A DNA stretch of 64,000 bases. Source: a virus. The translations under genes and the position numbers were made by a program. The notes below the pieces were generated by a model, which ran no database searches, was not told where the DNA came from, and saw only the letters and a program-made list of their open reading frames with translations. Positions 44,758 through 53,508 of this stretch are shown piece after piece (within the stretch, counting starts at the first letter, position 1; each line of letters begins with the position of its first letter). The DNA is taken from positions 56,931-120,930 of IMG/VR virus record IMGVR_UViG_3300028920_000041. One strand, 5' to 3'.

Positions 44758-47700
44758 ATGTCAAGGACACGTTACATTGATTATCGCGCGGAAGACTCGA
44801 CAGAACTCCTAAACAATCAGTACCGAGGGGTATTCGAAGCAGGTGTATACCTAGGGTTCAATGTTTCTACAGGTACAAGCGGCGGTTTTTGGCTAGCATT
44901 CAGTCACGACACAGATCCTGATAACACCGGCGAAGTCTTGGGTGTATTGGTAACTCATGATGGGGTTACGATACAGGAAAACGAAGACCAAGATGATGTT
45001 TGTGTTGGCGCGGCACCTGGCGGATCTGACGAAATCCATTGGGTAGTTGCGTCTTATACGTACAACAAAGCCCTGCCTAATAACGATGTTGTCTATTTTG
45101 TCAAAACGGCTGTAGCTCCTGCAACACCTACTCTGACAGATGATGAAGTACAGCTAGCTGAAATCACCGTTCCTGCAGGATCGATTTCTTATGGCGTAGC
45201 CGGTGTTGATATAAAGACAGTCGCCAAGAAATCCATCTATGACATTAACCTTTACAATCTGTTTTCCAAGTTTGACAAGATCTTAGACCCTGGCATCTAT
45301 GATGGGATGGTGGCCAGTCAAGGAGCTACAGAGCTTCAAGTAAGCCTTTCTTCCGGTGTGTGGATTACTCAGCAAAATGCCCCTATTGTTGAGGCTGCAC
45401 AAGCCGATGTTTTCACATTAACCAACCCTGGAAACGACTCTTATAAGTATGCCTGGATTGTAGGCATGCATAAGAATGAAGACCTAGATCCTCAACCATC
45501 GGTCGATTACCTCCTTGTCCAGGGAACTGCTGTTGCTATTGGTTCTCAAGCAAGCCTTCCTTCAAATTCTGACATTCTAACAGCGGCATCCGCAGTAGAT
45601 GCCAAGTATGATGATAATTCCTATATCAATAAGCTTGGCTATATTCGTATTGAGAACCAAAGTGGTACATATGTCATATCGTACTATCTTGGTGAGACTG
45701 TCTTAGATCAAGAAACGGTTATTGTCTATGGTGCAGAGACTAACTCTCTGAGTAGATCGGGTAAGTACTACGGAGATGAAGGACTCAAGCAAGCTATTGA
45801 AGACATCTATGCTATCAGTAAAGACAGAAGCGATATTCTAAACCAGAAATATACAGTGTTGCTTGATGGTGTGTTCAAGCTTGATGATACCTATTTGACA
45901 ATACCTAGTAACATTCTGCTTAGAGGCTACGGTGCGCCAGCAACCATTGAAAGCGATGAAGGATCAGAGGGTGTTGTTCGTGCAGTTGGCTTTAATGCTA
46001 TTTATAATGCTGCTGATGATACAGTCACACAAACCACTTGGGGTGGGGGTAGTCCACCGTCTGGTTATGTTGCTCGCAATTTTGAGATTGCTTCGACATA
46101 CCGAGTCGGAGAAGACTTAGTAGCACGTAAGCTTAGCATTGGAGATCCTATCATTGCTGTTGATGATGGGACAGCCAACGTCTATCAAGGTACTATCCAG
46201 GGATACGAAACGAGTAGCAACAACTGGACCGTTCGTGTTTATATCTCAGATCAATACAACACAGATGGGAATCCACAAGAGCTAGATTTTACAGTCTACA
46301 AACGAAACTTTGGTTTTGAAAACGTTGATATTGGACGAAAGACCTCGGCAGGTACAGGTGCTTTAGTTATCAACTACGCAGAAGAGATCTATCTTGATAA
46401 AGTTACAGCCAGAAACATAGACTTTCAGCACATATCAACCTCTGTTTTTAGCTCTCTCGAAGTGACAAATGATATTGATGCGTGGGAGTCTTGTGCACAC
46501 AATACATTTGGTATCTTGAAACTTGTGTGTCCCCAGACTTCTTTGACAGTAGGATCTACGACAGACGAACACAACTCTTTTGACTTGATTGATTCTGATG
46601 CAGGTACAGCAGTCCAGACATTGACCTTGCAGGCAGGTATCAACATCTACGGTAAGGTTATCTTGGATGGTGGATCTGGGAGCAAGATAAGCCTTGATTT
46701 AGAGGATTCTATTGTTAAAGAAATAGTGGTTGAAGCTGCAAGTGGTGAAGTGGAAACCACTGGCTCCAACACCTCTATGGGTCTGGTTTCAGCCGCAAGT
46801 ACAGTCACTTTTCTTGCTGGTGCTGGATCTCAAGTCATAGACCTCTTAATAGGTGGTGCAAGTCTTGTAAATAACGGCGATGAAGACAATAAAGTACTGT
46901 CTATGCCTGGTACGACCTACCAAGGCTTTTTAGACCATGCTAACTCTGACAGAAACCTACGCATTATGTCTAATGCTGATCTGTCATGGGATTTAACAAC
47001 AGGTGTTTTTTCCTGGAGTGATGTACTTCGGTTCGATATTCCTTGGACAACAGGTTACTCAGAAATAGCTGCTGGCAGTGCCACTTTGAGTACAGACGGG
47101 GATCGGCTTGTTATTGACGTAGACAGGGATGCTACCGGAGTTTCAGCCGCTACGACTTCAGTGGTCTCTAAGGCAAGTGCAGCAACGAATGCCTGGAAGC
47201 AAGATCTGGTTTTTGTAGCTGTTCGGTATGGCGATACTATCTATCTTTTTGACGGTACTCGAATTGAAGACACACAAACGGTTCAGATAGGATCTACACC
47301 GCCCCCAGATGGCTCTGTTACTCATGCAAAGCTTGGGGGCAGTGCTCTGGCTTTTCACAATGAATTCTTTAGAGACTACATCTCATTAGAGGGTACGACA
47401 GATTGGCCAAGCGAAGCAGTTGTGTTAAACACAGATCTTCGTACCATGACGTATACCATCGGAACAGGTGTCATTCAGTATTCAGATACTATAGACCTTA
47501 GTAATGTTCGTGCTGGCGATATGGTTATTTTGTCCAATAACGCTGAAGACAGTACAGATTGCTGGACACGGGAAGAGATTTACGATGTTGATAACGTCGC
47601 AAACCAGATTACGATCAGCTCTGGCCTAAACTCCCTTGTCGAAGGTGCGGCTACTGTTTGGAATGGTGCTATTGTTCGTGGCGATATGGCTGTTAGTAAC

Positions 47701-50544
47701 TACAGCCTTTCGACAACGGCTTACGACAGAAGTACCGGAAGAGTCACGTTCACTCCAGGCCTCAACTTTTCAGACTACCAGGTCAAAGATGGTTACGTTT
47801 TTGTTGACAACGCAGGTAAGAAACATGTGATTCGGGATCATGACACAACGGGTAATGGTACTTGGGTTGATATTGGTGTCCACAAACGGGATGTCAGTGT
47901 CGGAGTACCTGCAGACTCTTCTTATGGCTCTATTCGAGTGAACAATAACCCCCATGGTATCAACACAGCAGATCTCAGAGCAAGCTCTGGCATGGAGTTT
48001 ATCCCCATTGATTGGTTTGGTCAAAAGGACAGAGTTGATGACTCAGATTTAACTCTGTTTGTAGATACGGACGAAGCGACACAGTGGTACTATCCGGAGC
48101 CACGTGACGATCGCGTTCGTGTATCAATGGATTGCCAAGCTCGGGGGACAAAGAGGCAGTCTGCCGGACATGAAAGTGCCACACCGGACGAGACTTCGGT
48201 TCAAGCCTTGTCCCAGCATTTTTATGATGTAGACGTTACAGCCGTGTGTACTGGCGCAATGCTTGTGGTTGAGCATATAAGCGGAGTGTCTTCAGCGGTA
48301 CCTGTTTATGTTGACGGAGATGTACTTCAGTATAACGCTCGTTATTCTGGATCTGACGAGTGTGCAAATACCTATACTCCTTTAAGACACTTCCATTCAA
48401 ATGGAATTATACAGTACAGAACCCATAGGCTCCCTTTAGGTGTTCACAACATTCGTTGGAGGATACCTCAAGACTTTATTAACGGAAAGAATCCTGTGTC
48501 TGTAAGAGGTATCGTTCTTTTCACAGCGCCAGGCTCAGATGATGAAAAGCTTGTGTGTTCTCCGGGAACATTGGTCAGAGATGGTGGTGTGACAACGATT
48601 TCAGATCCGGAGATTGTGGACCTTCCATCTTCTACAGAAGATTTAGACAAAGGTGGCAGGTCTGTCCTTTATCTCAATACGTCTGATGCTCTTGCGTGGG
48701 CGAGCCAATGGGTAAGAGGCTTTTCTGGTACAGGCACTACAGCAAGCGGCCCGGATATTGTCTCTGTGTCAAATCCCGATGCGTGGCGCATAGGAGACTT
48801 GATGCTTTTGAGTAATGGGACAACACGCTACATTCATGTGGTGACAGTCATTTCAGGATCTACAATCACAGTATCTCCAAACGCAGCATTTACTCAAGCT
48901 GGAGCAACACTAAGATACTATGGTCATGTTCCGTATGACTCTGCTAATGATAGGTATGATCGTCCAGAAGAAGAAGTAACAGCACAGTTTAACTTCGCTG
49001 AGTTTGCCTGTGGTGGCTCTGCAGGAGATCATCGCGGGTCAGCAATTCACAGATCAAGCGATGTCAGAACAGTAAGCTTAGGTGTCCGTCTTTCAGACCA
49101 TGCAACTATTTTGGAAGGCTCTGTAGGGTTTTCAAACACAACAGCCGATGGGGATACAGATATTGGTCCTTTCGATTGGTTGAAGTGGCCTAATAACGGT
49201 ACACTAAGGCTTAGGTTTATCGGTACAGGTCTGTCTTTAGCTATCAAAGGAACGACAGATCTAGGTATTCGTGTGGACGGTGTGACAACAAACCTGGCAA
49301 CGCTTCAAAGCTCTAGCACACGAAAGGGTGACCGTATTGGCGGGACCTATGTTATAGGGGAACTTCCTTATGGCTACCATTTTGTGGATATCATAGATAC
49401 GTCTGGTGCAGCCGATCAAAGGGTGCAACGTGTAACCATCTTCGGCCCTAAGAAACCAACGCTTCCAGATGGGGCGTTTGAGCTATTGGATACAAACATC
49501 CGTGGAGCAACAGATACAGAGCTTGGTTTTGATGTATTGGACGAAGTTCAACAGGTACAGTTTGGCAATATAAACTACGATGCAGGCGCTATTGTGAGTC
49601 TAGAGATACTGGACTCTTTGAGTGATAGTGCAAGTACATTCAACTCTTCTATTGGCTGCAAGGATTGGAACTGGTCTGCAGCCGGTGCGCCTGCTTCATC
49701 TGAATATGAGTTCATGTTCATAGGAAAAGAATTTACCATTGTTTGGGACACACTAACTTTGGGTGATGTTAACCCTATAGATATCCTTGTCAAAGATCAT
49801 GATGGTGTGTTCAGGGCACCTTCTGCCGTTACGGGCTTTACAGTGACCGGTGTTGATACCGTTTCTAGTACATCTGCTATTGCCGAAAGAGAGACTTGGA
49901 CATTTTCTCAAGGTGGAGTCCATGTCATAAGGATTGCAGCGGGTAACGTTGGAGATCAAGTCTATATGAATAGCGCTGAGTTTGCACCTAAACTCCATAA
50001 CTACAGAACAAAGAAGCCTTACGGGTTTGAGCATTACATGCCATATCAGCACAGCGGTTTAGATGTTCGAAACTTGACACCGATACCGGCGCATCTTATG
50101 CCGGTTCCTCACTATCAACATATCCAGTTTTTTACACAGGCCACGGCTATTACCCAAGATGATCAAGTACCATTTTTCTTTTATTGTCCAGGCGGAATGA
50201 TGGAGATAGGTGTTGCTGGTAAGGTTGATCAGGTTACTTCTGCAACTACATGGTCTGTTCTTATTGATGGTGGCTATTTCGATGATTTCAACTTTGTGCC
50301 TAATACGCTTGATACTATTGGTACAGGTGGAGCAAATTTAGCAGGATCGACACTCCATATAGTTTTACCGCCCGGTATGCATTGGGCAATTTTGATGCCG
50401 ACAATAGAAGCTGGAGCAGACGAATTAGACAATGTTTTTTGGTCTGCTAAGTTCATTCCAAGTGGCCACCCGAACCATCTGTCAAACAGAGGGATCTTGC
50501 CAGCCGTAGGCACGCAGGGACGAAGAATCGAAAGGTCTTATTAG
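44758..50544 (+). CDS. Giant multi-domain tail fibre / virion protein (1928 aa)
   Basis: N-terminal G...G.Y.GF.V baseplate-attachment-like domain, beta-helix stretch, several 'G.H....' jelly-roll modules. Confidence 0.7.
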   Translation: MSRTRYIDYRAEDSTELLNNQYRGVFEAGVYLGFNVSTGTSGGFWLAFSHDTDPDNTGEVLGVLVTHDGVTIQENEDQDDVCVGAAPGGSDEIHWVVASYTYNKALPNNDVVYFVKTAVAPATPTLTDDEVQLAEITVPAGSISYGVAGVDIKTVAKKSIYDINLYNLFSKFDKILDPGIYDGMVASQGATELQVSLSSGVWITQQNAPIVEAAQADVFTLTNPGNDSYKYAWIVGMHKNEDLDPQPSVDYLLVQGTAVAIGSQASLPSNSDILTAASAVDAKYDDNSYINKLGYIRIENQSGTYVISYYLGETVLDQETVIVYGAETNSLSRSGKYYGDEGLKQAIEDIYAISKDRSDILNQKYTVLLDGVFKLDDTYLTIPSNILLRGYGAPATIESDEGSEGVVRAVGFNAIYNAADDTVTQTTWGGGSPPSGYVARNFEIASTYRVGEDLVARKLSIGDPIIAVDDGTANVYQGTIQGYETSSNNWTVRVYISDQYNTDGNPQELDFTVYKRNFGFENVDIGRKTSAGTGALVINYAEEIYLDKVTARNIDFQHISTSVFSSLEVTNDIDAWESCAHNTFGILKLVCPQTSLTVGSTTDEHNSFDLIDSDAGTAVQTLTLQAGINIYGKVILDGGSGSKISLDLEDSIVKEIVVEAASGEVETTGSNTSMGLVSAASTVTFLAGAGSQVIDLLIGGASLVNNGDEDNKVLSMPGTTYQGFLDHANSDRNLRIMSNADLSWDLTTGVFSWSDVLRFDIPWTTGYSEIAAGSATLSTDGDRLVIDVDRDATGVSAATTSVVSKASAATNAWKQDLVFVAVRYGDTIYLFDGTRIEDTQTVQIGSTPPPDGSVTHAKLGGSALAFHNEFFRDYISLEGTTDWPSEAVVLNTDLRTMTYTIGTGVIQYSDTIDLSNVRAGDMVILSNNAEDSTDCWTREEIYDVDNVANQITISSGLNSLVEGAATVWNGAIVRGDMAVSNYSLSTTAYDRSTGRVTFTPGLNFSDYQVKDGYVFVDNAGKKHVIRDHDTTGNGTWVDIGVHKRDVSVGVPADSSYGSIRVNNNPHGINTADLRASSGMEFIPIDWFGQKDRVDDSDLTLFVDTDEATQWYYPEPRDDRVRVSMDCQARGTKRQSAGHESATPDETSVQALSQHFYDVDVTAVCTGAMLVVEHISGVSSAVPVYVDGDVLQYNARYSGSDECANTYTPLRHFHSNGIIQYRTHRLPLGVHNIRWRIPQDFINGKNPVSVRGIVLFTAPGSDDEKLVCSPGTLVRDGGVTTISDPEIVDLPSSTEDLDKGGRSVLYLNTSDALAWASQWVRGFSGTGTTASGPDIVSVSNPDAWRIGDLMLLSNGTTRYIHVVTVISGSTITVSPNAAFTQAGATLRYYGHVPYDSANDRYDRPEEEVTAQFNFAEFACGGSAGDHRGSAIHRSSDVRTVSLGVRLSDHATILEGSVGFSNTTADGDTDIGPFDWLKWPNNGTLRLRFIGTGLSLAIKGTTDLGIRVDGVTTNLATLQSSSTRKGDRIGGTYVIGELPYGYHFVDIIDTSGAADQRVQRVTIFGPKKPTLPDGAFELLDTNIRGATDTELGFDVLDEVQQVQFGNINYDAGAIVSLEILDSLSDSASTFNSSIGCKDWNWSAAGAPASSEYEFMFIGKEFTIVWDTLTLGDVNPIDILVKDHDGVFRAPSAVTGFTVTGVDTVSSTSAIAERETWTFSQGGVHVIRIAAGNVGDQVYMNSAEFAPKLHNYRTKKPYGFEHYMPYQHSGLDVRNLTPIPAHLMPVPHYQHIQFFTQATAITQDDQVPFFFYCPGGMMEIGVAGKVDQVTSATTWSVLIDGGYFDDFNFVPNTLDTIGTGGANLAGSTLHIVLPPGMHWAILMPTIEAGADELDNVFWSAKFIPSGHPNHLSNRGILPAVGTQGRRIERSY

Positions 50545-50554
50545 GAGATTTGTC

Positions 50555-51151
50555 ATGGCTATAGAGAATGCAACAACAACGGTTCTAACGATCAAGTCTG
50601 CGCAGTGTCCCTATAGTCCATGCAAGGGACTTCGTCTCTATTTCTTGCATCCTGATACCGGATATCCAACACCTGTTGATGCAATTGACGTTAATATTGA
50701 TGCAAAACGCGTCAAGAATGCTATTGGTGGTGCCAGAGAAAACGATACGCCCTACAACGTAACAGTTACAAGGCAAAAAGAGCTTATCAACGTAGGTCAA
50801 GAGGATGAACGATATAAAGCTACAGATTCGTTTGTGCTTTCAGGTGAGTCTTTAACAGTAGATGAGCTAGAGGGTAACACTGTAATCTTAGACTTTGAAG
50901 ATCCACGCGGACAGAACAGACGAAAGGTTCGGAGAAAGGTAGCGTCAAACACAGAAGACACACTGACTTTGGTCAAACCTCTTCCTATCCAGATCAATAC
51001 GACGCTTGAAGATGTAAATGTGACTGTCTTGACAAAGCAATCAGACTTGACAAGTAGGAAAATCAAGAGACTAGTCCAGAGAAAGCTTTGGAAAAGATAT
51101 ATCTTCATTTGTGATGAGTGCAATAAGCCCTATTTCGTTGACAAGCCATAG
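50555..51151 (+). CDS. Zn-ribbon protein with inserted beta module
   Basis: CPYSPC ... CDEC flank an insert with LEGNTVIL...RKVASNTEDTLTL; AGGAG RBS. Confidence 0.6.
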   Translation: MAIENATTTVLTIKSAQCPYSPCKGLRLYFLHPDTGYPTPVDAIDVNIDAKRVKNAIGGARENDTPYNVTVTRQKELINVGQEDERYKATDSFVLSGESLTVDELEGNTVILDFEDPRGQNRRKVRRKVASNTEDTLTLVKPLPIQINTTLEDVNVTVLTKQSDLTSRKIKRLVQRKLWKRYIFICDECNKPYFVDKP

Positions 51152-51160
51152 GAGAAAGCT

Positions 51161-51706
51161 ATGAAAAAACTTCTACAGATCTTATTGGTCCTGGTTTTGG
51201 CTCTGTCCTACTCGAAAACCGTAGCACAGCCGACTACACAACCTGCTTTGCAGCCAACTACACCAACTTCGCAGCCAGTTACAAAAACAGTCGCTAAGGA
51301 GGCTCCTAAGAAGATTGATACACAAGATCTGCAAGCATGGTGGCAGCATCTGGTGATAACGGTGATCTCCACAACCGGTGCTGTAGCCGTACCTGTACTG
51401 ACTACGCTCCTGATAGTCCTGCTGCGTAGGTGGAATATCAAGCTGGAGTACCAAAAGGCAGAATGGTTTGCTATACAGGGGAAGAACTACGCCGAACAGA
51501 TGGCCCGTAACGTACTGCGCGAGGGTAGGGCAGTGGATACGAGCGAGTCCGCAAAGCTGGCACTGCGGTACTCCCGAGAGCTAGCTACGGGTAAGCTCGC
51601 TCCATGGGCTTCTAAGGAGCTAGCAGGCCTTATCGAGGCCAGACTCGGTGCGGACAATCAGTACAAGCCCAAACCCGAGCCCAAAGACCCTACACAAGGG
51701 GCCTAG
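51161..51706 (+). CDS. Holin-like protein (LL-H type) with N-terminal signal peptide
   Basis: MKKLLQILLVLVLALSYS..A signal, P/T/Q linker, one TM, then A......YAEQ...K...A....LIEA pattern recalled from LL-H holins. Confidence 0.5.
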   Translation: MKKLLQILLVLVLALSYSKTVAQPTTQPALQPTTPTSQPVTKTVAKEAPKKIDTQDLQAWWQHLVITVISTTGAVAVPVLTTLLIVLLRRWNIKLEYQKAEWFAIQGKNYAEQMARNVLREGRAVDTSESAKLALRYSRELATGKLAPWASKELAGLIEARLGADNQYKPKPEPKDPTQGA

Positions 51707-51822
51707 CGTCCCTCTCAATCGATTCTGGCCGGTCGGGTAGTCCCTGAGACCGGCTGTAGGCCTCTAAGCGATTCTGGGGCCGCTAGGGCGCTGACATCTA
51801 CAAAAACATAAGTGGTGATAAA

Positions 51823-52224
51823 GTGGCTTGGTATGGTTGGTTAATACTAGGGATACTCATAACAACTATCTTTGTGTTGATTCTGATTATCATAAAAAGA
51901 GAGCCCGTGATCGTCCGTGGCTTAACAGATGAAGAAAGACACCTGCTAGCTAAGATAGAAAAAGACAGAGACAAAAGGGCTGCAGAATTTGATGCTCTAA
52001 GGATAGTCAGACTTGAAGAAATCGCTAAGAAGCAAAAAGACAGACTACGAAAACTGGAAATGGCATACCATGCTTCCAAGACACTTATTAGTAAGCAAAA
52101 ACAGAGCCAATTCGAAGAGTATCTTAACGATGCTAGTAGTGCTGGCAGGGAACTTGACACCATCCTTAGCTCCAGCACAACCCGAGAAGATACAATCAGA
52201 CTTGATCAAGAGAGTGAGGCTTAA
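51823..52224 (+). CDS. N-terminally anchored coiled-coil membrane protein (i-spanin-like)
   Basis: GTG start, N-terminal TM, charged coiled coil; in lysis-like cluster. Confidence 0.5.
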   Translation: MAWYGWLILGILITTIFVLILIIIKREPVIVRGLTDEERHLLAKIEKDRDKRAAEFDALRIVRLEEIAKKQKDRLRKLEMAYHASKTLISKQKQSQFEEYLNDASSAGRELDTILSSSTTREDTIRLDQESEA

Positions 52225-52597
52225 AGCTGGCCAGAAGGCACCATTTGATGGACAGCTTCTAAGTGACGCAGCAGCGGCAAAGCTTTTAGCAGAGTTGTCG
52301 TCCGAAATCAAGTTAGCAGAAGCCGAAATTGAGCATTTGTCAACAACACACAGAATCAAGGTGCAAGCTTTGAAAGACTCTTGCCAAGCCAATGTAATTG
52401 CGGTAAACAGCAAGCTCAAGTCTTGTCTTGACTCATACACAGAAGCTAAGAGACTTCATGATAAGGCTATAGCTAGGCTAAACAGAGATCTCGCAAAGAA
52501 GAACAAGACATCTTGGTATAAGAGTCCTTATTTGCATGTGACATTAGCGGCTGTACTCCTTACTGCCGGAAGCATTGCTGTAATTGCCTTAAAGTAA
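52070..52597 (+). CDS. Secreted coiled-coil protein with C-terminal TM, overlapping the previous gene
   Basis: ATG 52070 inside track ORF 52013-52597 gives a signal-peptide-like start; LKAGQKAPFDG.LL motif; C-terminal WYKSP..hydrophobic anchor. Confidence 0.55.
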   Translation: MLPRHLLVSKNRANSKSILTMLVVLAGNLTPSLAPAQPEKIQSDLIKRVRLKAGQKAPFDGQLLSDAAAAKLLAELSSEIKLAEAEIEHLSTTHRIKVQALKDSCQANVIAVNSKLKSCLDSYTEAKRLHDKAIARLNRDLAKKNKTSWYKSPYLHVTLAAVLLTAGSIAVIALK

Positions 52598-52656
52598 CAA
52601 CCATGTTAAGGTCAAAATTTGTGATTCCGATAATGATATCAAGGAGTCCTAGATCG

Positions 52657-52665
52657 TTATCCACA
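52657..52665 (+). promoter_or_regulatory. Perfect DnaA box
   Basis: TTATCCACA at the start of the ~900-bp non-coding region. Confidence 0.5.
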
Positions 52666-52993
52666 GTTTTGGCCAAAAAACTTGGTTGTAATCCTTACAA
52701 AACCCTTTTTTCAACTTAACTGAGTAAGGAGAAATACTGCTTTAAAAAAATTTGCGGAAAATAAGATTTCTGGGAATATTTCGTTTTGCTGGCGGGTTCG
52801 CTCTTCGATCGACCCATGGGAGTCTCTATCCTTCCCCTAAAGCTTTTACTACGCGATCTATCTGGCAGGGAGTACCGGATAGCACTACGTAGTACCGATA
52901 GGCTGGAAGAATGCCTCTCCGAAGTCTCAATAGGCTTAGCGCCAGCTTTTACAAGCAATACCAGTAAAAGAAAATCTGGAAAGAAAAGGTGAT

Positions 52994-53024
52994 ATGGTTA
53001 ACAGGTATTTAACCTGTTAACCAT
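52994..53024. repeat. 13-bp perfect inverted repeat
   Basis: atggttaacaggt-attta-acctgttaaccat. Confidence 0.85.
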
Positions 53025-53090
53025 GCATTGCATCCCTTTTGATTCCTTCGGATTTTTTGTAATGTTTAATGCATTTTCAATTTTCTTTTC

Positions 53091-53165
53091 GATATTCAAA
53101 TACATGTATTTCAATGTTTTTGATATTCAAATACATGTATTTCAATGTTTTTGATATTCAAATAC
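53091..53165. repeat. 31-bp AT-rich tandem repeat (2 full plus partial) with 14-bp palindrome
   Basis: gatattcaaatacatgtatttcaatgttttt; internal aaatacatgtattt is self-complementary. Confidence 0.9.
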
Positions 53166-53178
53166 TTCTATTTATATT

Positions 53179-53445
53179 ATACATAGATCTATATACTTAT
53201 GTTATACATAGTTAAGGAGTACTACTAGCACTAGGTACTGGTACTACGAGTAGGTACATATACATAGATCTATATACTTATGTTATACATAGTTAAGGAG
53301 TACTACTACCACTACTACTACCACTAGGTACTGGTACTACGAGTAGGTACATATACATAGATCTATATACTTAACTTATTATACTTACTAAGGAGTACGA
53401 GCACTACTACGACTACTACTCGGTACTACGGACTAGCACTATACA
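53179..53445. repeat. 81/93-bp tandem repeat (2 full plus degenerate third) with CTA-triplet runs
   Basis: Units start at 53179, 53260 and 53353 with atacatagatctatatactt...; unit 2 has 12 extra nt in the CTA/CCA triplet run; each has palindrome atagatctat. Confidence 0.9.
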
Positions 53446-53508
53446 CTTAGCAGTACGGAGTACGAAATCAGCGCTTGACAAAAACGATAACTCTGAGCGA
53501 GAGTCCAA

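Noticed and set aside
52716-52992. Track ORFs 52786-52992 (+) and 52716-52958 (-) as real genes
   Set aside because: No RBS or recognisable motif, mutually overlapping, and within the non-coding repeat locus.
53179-53445. CRISPR array
   Set aside because: The units are near-identical tandem copies with no unique spacers between them, and no cas genes are in the window.
53475-53505. Sigma70 promoter upstream of the M23 gene
   Set aside because: TTGACA is present but no credible -10 hexamer lies 16-18 nt downstream.
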